Assembly: GCF_030028105.1 (NCBI RefSeq)
Contig: NC_092379.1
Span: 25,103,821 to 25,167,820 of the forward strand
From: Mobula birostris
Taxonomy: Eukaryota
Length of the DNA: 64,000 nt
Direction of reading: 5' to 3'
A model generated the notes under the pieces. It was given only the letters and a program-made list of their open reading frames with translations, had not been told where the DNA came from and did no database searches. Positions 1-10,140 of this stretch are shown here, piece after piece. Numbering within the stretch: the stretch's first letter is position 1; each line of letters starts with the position of its first letter. A program made the position numbers and the translations under genes.

Positions 1-1059
1 GGCTGCAGGCTGGGGTTTTGGGTGTTGAGGCGTAATGCTGGGGTCTTGGGTCTTAGGGCAGCAAGCTGGGGTCCTGGGTCTTGGGTTTGCAAGCTGGTGT
101 ATTGTGTCTTGGGGCTGCAGGCTGTGGTCTTGTGTCTTGGGGCTGCAGGCTGGGGTCTAGCGCCTTGGGGCTTCAGGCCCGCTTCTTGGTTCTTGAGATG
201 TGGAGGCTGATAACTCGGAGGCTGGAGCTCGGAGACAGACTGGAAACTGTACATCAACATAGAGCCGGGACTTATCCTTCGAAAACTCGGGACTCATCTT
301 TAACACAATAATAACATGAGACTGGACCGTCCATAGGCATAGAGCCGGAAGTTATCCTTAGACAAGCTGGGACTGAACTTTATCTCCACACCAAGTTGGG
401 ACGGGCCCATCTCGTGATAAACGGCAGGACGGCAGGACTTACCCAACAGAGGCAAAGCCAGGACAAGACAGGTCTCCCCGCAGGCAACCGCAGAACAGCC
501 TGACTTACCCCACGGAGGGGAGGACAAGTGAGATCCCCCGCTGGGCAACGGCAGAACGGCCTGACTTCCCCACGGAGGCGAGGACAAGAACAGACAAACA
601 CCGATGAACGACAGACAGTTCCATCTCTGCATCGGGGTTGTTCCGAGTCGCAGTTACGACCAGCAACCTCGGCTGGCAATGGAAACAGCCATATTCCTAC
701 CTAGGTCGGAGTGGCTGACAGCCACTCAGCTGGCTCGGGAAACGGCCGAATCTATACCGGAAAGACAGCTCCGACTATCGAGAGCAAGGCTCCATGAAGC
801 TAAGGTTCTCCCACGCGACCTAAAGGTGGCAAGTAGCCGTTCTAGCCTTCCACCGGCTGGTTGCTCCCAGGGGATCTTGAGAAGACCATCCAGCAGCCCA
901 CACTCGACCGCAAGACTATTTATATTCCAAGCCCAAGATGGGAATCGGGTGCCTTTGATTAACCCAACCGAAACAAGGGTCAGCTGGAAGACACGGAGTC
1001 CTGAATCCATGGACCGGACCGTGAATCGGAATATAGACTTCACGTACCGGACCATGACA
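1..1059 (-). mobile_element. LTR of Gypsy (Sushi/chromovirus-like) family, cut by the window start
   Basis: The reverse complement from 1059 reads TGTCATGGTCCGGTACGTGAAG..., the same terminus as the copies at 48856, 50437 and 61497. TATAAATA lies at 917-924 (minus). A GGGGTCTTGG/GGCTGCAGG minisatellite occupies 1-230. Confidence 0.8.
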
Positions 1060-1189
1060 GATTTAGACAGTGGAATTGATTTTTTTTTTTTTTTTTTCTG
1101 GCAACATTTGCGACAACACGAAGATTGCAGTATTTCGTGCGGAGGACACAATATGACTGCAGAGGGACTAGACGTAGTTGGAAGCTAGG

Positions 1190-1660
1190 CAAAAATGTGC
1201 CAGGTCATATATAGTGTTGTGAAATGTACTATACGGCGTTTTGGAGAAATAAGCAACAGTGCGGATTAGAATTCAAATGGAGTTAAAATTCAAATATCAG
1301 AGACACAAAGGCAAGTGGGTATCCCCATGTTAGCCTCCCCCAATGTTAATTCATAGATTAAGTCTGTGGTTAAGATGGAAAGTGCAATGCTGGCATTAAT
1401 TTCTAGGAAAATAGAATATACAAGCACGGATATAATGCTGAAGCCTTATATAAGACACAAGTTAGCCCTCACTGAGTACTCTACAGTTTTGCAGCTGTCA
1501 TCTCCGAAAAGATTTATTACCATACGAGAGAGTCCAGAGGAGTGTGACCCGGATGATTTCAAGAACGCGAAGCTTAACACCAGGGGAACGTTTTGCATAA
1601 TTTGTCCGCACTCCTTAAAATGGAGAAGGTTGCTTTGGGATCTCAGAGAAACGTTCTGAA
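1190..1660 (+). mobile_element. CR1 LINE 3' ORF2 fragment, degenerate
   Basis: ORF 1366-1659 MLALISRKIEYTSTDIMLKPY... matches the CR1 RT C-terminal motif seen in better copies (MLAFIARGFEYRSREVLLQLYKALVRP). Confidence 0.7.
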
Positions 1661-1899
1661 TGTTGTAACGAGTAGAAAACGTGGATGTGTAGAGGATGTA
1701 ACCTGAACTAGCATTGAGGGTTTGCCTGCTAGAATACAGGTCCGGTGCATTTTCTCCATTTTCTAGCAAAAAAGTGGTCAATTATTTGAATGTTCTGTGA
1801 CATATTGCGGTCGAGGTCATTTACGTGGGTATAATTAAAGCGCAATTTGGTAGCATCGTGATTGTTTGGGGAATCAATGAATATGCTCATCAGGCAGGT

Positions 1900-3560
1900 G
1901 TATGAGTTTCAATGGTATCCAGGATCAGCCGCGATAAAATGCCAGAGCATATTTGTTCTGCTTTATGGCCTAATCTGCTCCTATGTCTAATAATCTTACT
2001 GTTCTCCACAATGATTTTCTTAGTCTTACTGACATTGAGATCGCTCCGCTTTCAAACATCAGCAAATCAGCGGTCTATCTCACTCCTGTACACCTACTCC
2101 TCACCTTGAAACTCTTCCAATTAAAGTTCTGGAAATATATAGCTGGGGTTTGAGCCCTGTGTAGCGACAAGGCTAATGGTGTTGAGGGCGTGGAAAATGG
2201 ACTACACACACGCATCCTTGATGTTCGCCGTTGTTGGTTGTCAACGAGCAGGAGTGGCGCACTGACATACATCCAGTTGCGTAGTTATGTACAGACGCGG
2301 TAATTTAGAGATCTTGATTAGGACTGTGAGCATCTCCGTGTTGAATGGTGATCTATAATTAATAAACAACAGCCAGGCGTAGGTGTTGCTATTTCCAGAT
2401 TACCAAAACCGAGCGGAGAGACAATGTGATTAGATCCCCTAAAGGCCTTGTGTGGTAATGATTAACATCCAAATGCCCTTACTCACCGCATATATGAGTC
2501 CAACCATCCCATATTGTTCTTGCTATTTTGAAGTATCTAGCAAACTTCGGCTGCAGCTGTGTGAAATTGAAATCCCGTTGAACGCAGTACCAGTTGCCTG
2601 GGTGAGGTTTTCTGATCCCTCCTAGATACACCATCAGGGCTTGACGCTTTGCGAAGTTTCACTCTCCTGAAAAAAAATATATTGACGTCTGTCGCCGAGG
2701 TGAAGATCACAGCGTCACTCGATGATGCAGGATTCACGTCTGTGCAGTTGTATTCTATTCTTCAAAGCCTGCACAAAAGGCGTTGAGCTCACCTACAGAT
2801 AAAGCATTGCAAGTATTTCCCGATCCGAGGTATCGCTCTGAAGGAATATACCGTGTGGCTGGCAGACTTTGCTATCTCTGACATGACGCGAAATCGACTA
2901 TAGCTTCAATTGTACTCGTTCTCTCTTTCATAAAATGGGCGTCCGTTGGTGGTACCTGGAATTCTTGTATAGTTCTAGATCATGTTCCATGAAGAGGCAC
3001 AGAGATTAACATCAGCAGTCCACGAATCTTTTGTTTTATCCAGAGATATTTCAAAGATGAATCCCTGAAAAAATATCTAGTCCACAGAATTACGGTGGCC
3101 TTTGCAAATGAACATCCTTGCAGACTTGAAAAATAGAAATCGACTTTTGACTTTCAGAAGCTCAATTCTCTGATCAGATTATTTAAAACAAATTGCGTTA
3201 TCAGATTATTCTAGCCCTTCAGAAAGGTTTCAACATCTCTTTGATTACCGTATTTATCCCTTTGCTTCCTCTTGCATCATGGCATCATCGTCTGCCTCGT
3301 CTAAGCTCCATGTCTCTGAGGCCTTTGGTACTAGAAAATTATTAGCATGCGGCACATGCCTTGTAGCTGAAAGGATATTGGGACGTTCATGGATTTCACG
3401 TTTTCAACAGAGAATCTAGACACACTGGTCAGACAGAAGTCGCAGTCTGCCACATGATCCTTCTTCTCTCGCCCTCAGGATACCGGGCGGCATTGAAGTC
3501 TAAGTACCTCTAAGCGAAGCTCTAAGATTAACTGCGACTCTTCGGCAACAGATGTGTTGA
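1900..3560 (-). mobile_element. Rex1/Babar-type LINE RT region, degenerate
   Basis: Minus ORF 2537-2737 has RVKLRKASSPDGVSRRDQKT (KAxGPDG motif). Decayed LFIDYSSAFNT, GxPQGCVLSP and NNLxLNVSKTKE-like segments follow on the minus strand. Confidence 0.7.
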
Positions 3561-4542
3561 ACTCAGGCTTTGCGTTTATTAGCAAAAAGAGCCCATTGGC
3601 TTACGTAACTTGAAGAGCCCTGCTTCGTGGTTGGGAGTTAAGCATACACTCACACAAATATAACATAAATTAACGCGTTTGTTGCAACATTGGCGAGATA
3701 TTTGGCTATCACAAGTATTCCTGAAAATAAAATTACAGGAATATAATTAGAACACATTTACAATATGTGTTCAGCATTCGCGTCATCTTAATTGCAAACC
3801 GCTATACAAGTGAAGTAAATGCACATAACTATGTTTGCGTACTGTCTGGCTGTCTTTCTAAAACATGTCCTGACATGCAACATGCACCTTTCTGAAGCAT
3901 TGCAAGGCCTTCCCCGATGATATTAGAAAAAAAAATGCAGCTTACCTTGTGGCCAACATTACAATGACTTGAATTATGAATTGAACTGACAAATATCGCC
4001 GAATACAAAAATGATGCGTGATACGGACATTTTGTGGTGATTTTCTAAATCCATAAGAGACTCCTAAAGTTATTCAGCAAACAAAATCCTCGTTGTCCAT
4101 TTTAATTTGAACCTTCCCGCAACTGATAACTTTATTTTCTCCATTGATGTGTCAGGTTCTCCTTTGTATCCAGTTAACGTACCAGCGTCCTTCAGAGCCA
4201 AAAGCACTGCAATTCCACTGCTCTGCTCCTTCACCTTTTCCTCTGGAAATTTGTTTTCATAATTGACAACTTCTTTCCCTTTTTGCTAAGATCCCCTGTT
4301 GCGGTAGTGTTATTTGCGTCTCTAGGACAGGGCAAACCCATGGAGAATAGTCGGAGTGTGAGTGAGTTTTATTTTACTTCTTGTCTCTGCTGTGAAACAG
4401 GTGCTGACACTCAATTCGGAAGCTCATCTGGTTTCCGCCCCATGTATCGCTAAACGACAGTAAACTGCCTACCTGTTGTAACAGCACCTGGACCTGAGAT
4501 GCCCATCAAAGGTATCAGAATAAAATGATCATCGAAAAAGGC

Positions 4543-4581
4543 GGTTTTTGCGCTATGAAACAAGTGCTTTTATTCACTTTG
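4543..4581 (-). other. V(D)J recombination signal sequence, 23-RSS with variant heptamer
   Basis: Minus strand: heptamer CAAAGTG (4581-4575), exactly 23-nt spacer AATAAAAGCACTTGTTTCATAGC (4574-4552), nonamer GCAAAAACC (4551-4543). It directly follows ...TAT TGC GCC CTG AGT CT. Confidence 0.9.
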
Positions 4582-4891
4582 AGACTCAGGGCGCAATAGT
4601 ACACAGCAGTATCTTTAAACTGGAGACCCCAGATAGTTAATCTGGAGAGCGAACTCTTTGCCTGGAGATCCACAGAAAAACGTTTTTGCAACAACTCTCC
4701 TCTCATTTCTTTTGAGTTCAGAGCACGAATACACCCAATAAACTGGAGTTTGCCCTGTGATGATTGTTTGTACCAATGCAGGTAATAATCGGGTGCTGTG
4801 GTAGTATAGGCACAGTTTACAGTCACCGTTTGACCAGATCTCCTTCTTTCTAAAGCCTGATTCTGAGTTGCAGAAGCGCCGGAGCTATGTA
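4582..4891 (-). CDS. TRAV/TRDV: T-cell receptor alpha/delta-type V-exon (open frame; ORF or pseudogene status uncertain because of the RSS)
   Basis: Polypyrimidine tract plus TTTTCGCAG acceptor, then a phase-1 exon: xHSSGASATQNQALERRRSGQTVTVNCAYTTTAPDYYLHWYKQSSQGKLQFIGCIRALNSKEMRGELLQKRFSVDLQAKSSLSRLTIWGLQFKDTAVYYCALS. Conserved Cys, WYKQ, RFSV, DTAVYYC and CALS end are present. It resembles the mammalian TRAV38/TRDV1 type. The symbol is family-level only. Confidence 0.88.
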
Positions 4892-5277
4892 CTGCGAAAA
4901 TATTTCAGAGTTAAGAAAAAGAAGAATAGCGGTTATGAGACGCTGTCAGTGAACACCTATTTATTTCATTTAAACGTTTCTCCTGAAAACCTGATATAGG
5001 TAACCGTGCCATACGACCTACACTATATGATAACTTGTTTCAAATTAAAAGAACCACTTCCAATAATTATGATAAATCAGTTAATTTCTTACACACTCCA
5101 ATGAAATGCATTTGTGATCAGAATTTGCACTGAAGGAAGACGAGTCAGTGAATTCTCCTAAACACACTTTTGTTGGGAATCGGGACATCGCAGCTAATGT
5201 ATCGCAATTGTATTCACGCGTCCATGGTATATCTACAGATACGGACGTTAATTGCACAGTCCTCGGAGGAAATATAC

Positions 5278-5327
5278 CTTTAGTCGACCGTACTGGGCAG
5301 CTCAACTAAGAGAAGGAAACTTCTCAT
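5278..5327 (-). CDS. Candidate leader exon of the V gene
   Basis: ATG at 5327 gives MRSFLLLVELP..., with two possible donors. CA|GTACGG after 5294 gives a 34-nt, phase-1 exon in frame with the V exon. AG|GTATAT after 5278 gives a 50-nt, phase-2 exon containing TAA. Confidence 0.45.
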
Positions 5328-6059
5328 TTCAAACCTCCGCTGCCTTGCGGCTATAGCCATTCATTGGGACCACTTCTACCGTACAGCTGGATGAAAAATC
5401 AGGAATTATAGAATCAGAAGTTGAGTTAAACGTTACTGGCAACTCCTGTGACACTACTGGAACTAAGCTCTGGTGGTCTCTGCCGTTGTTTTGGATTTAT
5501 CAGTTTCGTGGAAACACTGAGCCTGCAGCATGAATAGCATCTAAGCTTGGAAATATTTTACCCAAGATTAAAAAACAACAAGAACAACTGAAAATAATCT
5601 GCACTTAAGGCTTCCAGTATTGCTGCCGACTACTGTCGGGAAAGCCCTTTCAGAGACAGCCACGATAGATTAATCATAGATTTCACAAAAAATACCAATT
5701 CGCAACAAATATGCAGCTGAATAAAATAAATGGCCTGCATTATATTTCTCCCGTGAATGTGCGAAGCATACTCACGGGGCCATCGTGCACAAAGAATGAA
5801 AATGAAGAAGATGCCCATCTTTCCTTCAGAGCACACATGTTTTTCGTTACGTGCAGCTGGAGTTTGAGAGACTGGCTTGTGTTGTCCGTACGATTCATTG
5901 AAGTGGTATTATGCGTATTAAGCAGTGTGGTTATGTTCCAGTGCACAGTGTTCCGGGTGCTCTTAATAACTTCTGGTCATTGGTTTGCTGTGTGTGCAAA
6001 GTGCGCCGTATTTTGGAAGCGTCAGTCCTGTGCCTCACTTAATTAAAACGAATTAATGG

Positions 6060-9000
6060 TAAGATGCGGAGGAGAGCAGCAAGTGGAGTCTGGGAGACTT
6101 TACATTGTTAATACCGACGGTCCACTTAGCTCCACATCTGAACACCTCGAACAACATTCGAGTCCTATTTTTTTCTCCCAATGAAAACCTGCTCCCCTTC
6201 AACAAATCTGGGTGCCAGCGGAGCTGATGTTGGTTGGGCTAACGTGCTGGTGTTCACAGGCTTTAACTGGGAAACATGGAAAGTTAAAATAATCTTGAGG
6301 GTATTTAGGAGGTGCAAGGCGTAGGCCACCTGGTTACCTTTCTGCAGAATGCTGAACGGTCTGAGGAACTTGAGCGCCAGGTTCTCAGACTCACCAAGAG
6401 AAGCAAATCCTGACTGGACAGCACACCTGCTGTCCTTCCTGCAACTTTTGTTCTTGATTTCCTTTGCGGTTAACCTTGATTCTAGTCTTCTATGTAGAAA
6501 CTAACACCATCCCTCATTCCAGCGTCGGACAAGATCTTCAACATTTGCCTCCTGTTTAGGGAAGAGTGGCGGAGGATACCCAAATTGACATCCCATGCGC
6601 CAAATGCAGTAAAGACTTTTGGACAGCATTTGCCTACATGAAGTGGGTGCTCCACTCCTTTCATCTTTCAGAGGCCAGGCACCTTATGGTACAATCCACA
6701 CCCTGGTTCACACGCTCAGTCTGGCCGTTGAACTGCGGGTAAACCCCTGAGAAAGGACTGTCTGTCGCCCCAAACATTTTTTTAAACGCACATCAGAAAC
6801 GTGTTCGGAATAGCAGAACGCCATCCGACAAGATGTCCAATCGAAGACAGGAATCCCGAAGAACTGCTACAGGGCAATCCCGACCGTCTCTGCCGCAAGT
6901 AGAAATCTTTACAGGGCGATGAATCTCCAGCCTTTCGAGAAACCACTTATAATTACCAAGATAGCGCTGTTCCCCTTGGAGGGTGGGAGACACATGACAA
7001 TTTCCATGCCTATATGCACTGATGGTCTGTTCAAAATAGGTAGCCGTTGAGGTCGACTACGGGGCATTTGTTTTCAACTGCACACCTCGCATGACTACAC
7101 TGCCTGTGAAACATCCTACCTATTTACGGCACACAGGCTCCTCTAGATAAACTGGAGTACTGGCAGTCCTTGGCTGAGCAGTCATTGTCGATTAATGCTC
7201 AATTCGCGTACCTTTTTTTATACTGCAGGGAACATGGGATAAATAGCCGACCCAGAGAAATCTTCCCTTGCTTATGGGTCCAGCGAAAATAAGATCGATT
7301 TCCCAATGAATTGGCGCTGCCGCCTTGAGCTGAATAAAATGATAGTAGGCCATTACTCTCATTGCTGTTCTTGTCTGAAGTGGTAAGACAACTGTCTGTA
7401 GATTTTTTTTTTTTTTTTGGCCCTGGTCAATTGATTAGTAAGAAATTACGTCGGTCAAAGGACACAGACCACCTGGTCCGCCTGGAATTCAGTCTCTTTA
7501 ACTCCTGAACAGAAGCCACGTTTTGCTGTTAGTACTAACGAGCAAATGTTTTTTTGTTTTTTTTTACTCCATCTAGGCAATGTCTGACTGCTAACTTAAC
7601 CGCAAAGGGCTGCCGCTTTCCGAGGTGATAGCCAAGGATAACCGCCTGGATGGGAACGCACGCATGTGCTGTCCATTCTCCGAAGCTGTCATTTGAGACA
7701 ACATTGCAGCCACGCCGACATCCAAGGCTTGCAACTGTACGATGTAGAGAAGGTCCAGATTACATGCACCCAAAAGAGGAGCCGACGGTAACCTGTCTTT
7801 GAGAGCAATGAACCCAACCTCGGCTTCGGTAGTACAAGCAAAACCCGCTGAGTAATTAGTTAGTATTTTCAGAGATGTCTCCTCTGAGCTGAGGTTGCTA
7901 AGGAACTTCCGGTACACTTGGCATAACCAAGCATCGTCGACATTTTTGCACAAGTTGTTTGTGGTCGTTCTCGACGGCCTGCATCTTGATAGAGTACATA
8001 GTTGTTAGAGATGATGAAGACCGAGATAGCGATTAGCTGAAATCCAGACTTTTCCAGCTTTATATAAGGTCCATAATCAAGAAAAAATCTTTTGGATATG
8101 CTATTATGAGCGCCGCAACGGGCTTTGACAACATCCAATGTTCATGCAAGTAGCGGAAGGCATACTTTTGGAGAGTGTCCCCGAGCCTGTGTTTTGTAAT
8201 ATCTTGAACATCGTTAGCATTTTTGCGGGACAAGACGGATATGATCAGATACTCATAATAATCAGTAGTTGTGTTGAATGACGTCTACCACTCGTCACAC
8301 ATCTTTTGCGAACTAGCTTTTATGCTCTCCACAGGTCTAGCTTCGAGAATATGCTTGCCCCTTGGAGAATCAGGAAAATAGTGCTCATGAGTGGAGCAGT
8401 GTAACGATTGTTGACCATTATGGGACGCAGTCCTCCATGCGCAATGTAAGGTCGCAGGCTCCTCTTTGATTGTATACGAAGAAGAAGCCAGCGCCGGCTG
8501 CACAAATAGAGGGCGACTGAATTCCAGGACAAATACGCCCTGATTATAGCCTTTCGCGCCTTGTTTCCCCGGGCCGGAGGGATCTTATAATCGATTCCGC
8601 AAAGGGACTGTACCTGACAGTCGATCGCGTATGGTTAGTGCCGTGGAAAGGTCGGGGCAATTCCGTTACTGAAGACATCATCTATATCCCTGTAAATGGA
8701 AAGGATTTCTAGGTGATTGGATACTGCAATTACATCCGAGCCTTTGTCAGAGGATGAATTTTGAGAATTTATCTCCACCGCGGATGCTTTGACCGACCCA
8801 CACAACCTCTCAGTAGGTCTCTGAGGGTCTTTAGAGACAATAGAAGCCAAATCACAGTTAAAATCCCCGTCTATCTCCCTAAATTCCAACAGCGAACTTG
8901 TGCTCCAGTGCTGACATTTTCCATTTACGAACCATCTCTTAGACAGGACCTGGCAGCTGGAGCACTTTAGCTTAGCTTCTGGAGTTCGATAGTCATTGGG

Positions 9001-9830
9001 GACCTTCTTGGTTTGCTGTTGACCTAGAGATCTAGCTCAAGCGCTCCCTTGACATAACAGGGCCGGGACTCACATGGCCTTATTTGCTGGAACCGGCTTG
9101 TAGCCGAAATACAGAACAGGGCTTCCTGGCGTTTCCAGGTTACGTTGAATAGACGTCTTCCGCCGTCTGCAGCTGATCTCGGACGATTGTGGGGGTCTCA
9201 ACACCTCACCGAGCATATACATTCTTCCAGCGACTGGAATGTACGAAAATCCTCCCTTCGTTCCAGTTCAGGGAAGGTTTATGATAGGATAGCCAAGTGT
9301 GACAGGGGATCACGGGTATGTGACGAGACGCAATGAAATAGAAACCAATGCTCCGTAAGATCCTCTGCCCCCATCCATATGATTAATGTATGCTGCCCGT
9401 TCTTTTCGGGGCAAAGCTGACTGCCGTCCAACACAGACGCGGATATGAACTGTCTGAACTCTTGCAACGGTGTGTTGCGATATACAAATGATACAGAGTC
9501 CAAAAAGAACTTTCATCTCCCGGCGTTTCATAACCCGGTAGACTTCCGCCTTCAGCTTGACACCAACATCCGTGACATTATGAGATCAGGCTTCTAGTTT
9601 TGCAGCCATCGTGACAAACGGCAGTCTGACCAGTTCCTGAGACACAACAGCCACTGGCGTTTTGTGATTTTTTTTTCTCCACAATGAAGGCACCATCCTC
9701 CACCATAACGCTGGAATCTCTCTTTGGTGGAGGTTCTTATTCGGCTGATTTGCATCAACTCGACATGATCCTGAGGTGTAGACCAGCTAGTCCTGGTCCG
9801 AGGTCGGAGAATGGAACGACAATACGTTGA
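6060..9830 (-). mobile_element. Gypsy (Sushi/chromovirus-like) internal region gag-pro-RT-RH-IN, heavily decayed, no LTR seen
   Basis: The motifs run in Gypsy order on the minus strand. Gag is at ~9000-9800, YRDIDDVFSNGIAPTFPRH at 8635-8889, and RT NRYTAPLMSTIFLILQGASIFSKLDL at 8320-8532. The RT/RNase H tether FIALKDRLPSAPLL...ALDVGVAAMLSQ is at 7591-7953. The integrase core is at ~6800-7000 and a KFLxPFxIL...AYxLxLP...FHVSQLKP-like C-terminus at ~6260-6400. Confidence 0.85.
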
Positions 9831-10140
9831 ATCCGTGCTCGGGCTAACCCTCCTCGATGTTTTGAGTCTGATTCATGTAGTGATTGCCCTTCAATGTTTC
9901 ATGAAACTCCATAAATTAAGGTTTCCTCCAAAATCTAAAAATGTTTCTTGGAACAGGGAGAATGGGGGTTTATTGAGCAACCGTTCGATGAGAAAGATGG
10001 CTGTGGCATTGTGGAAAATTTGGTTTAGTTTGTCCCATATTGTAACTTATAAGAGATCGAATAAGGCACCTGCAACAATTTCAATTCTAAATGGCTGTTG
10101 TTTTCCAATGTCTGGTTGCATTAAATGCAGTGTGAAAATG

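Noticed and set aside
4582-4891. Interpretation as a NAR-TCR-supporting V-delta
   Set aside because: The extra Cys is not in CDR1, a plausible own leader exists upstream, and no NAR-type V/D/J cluster was found 5' of it.
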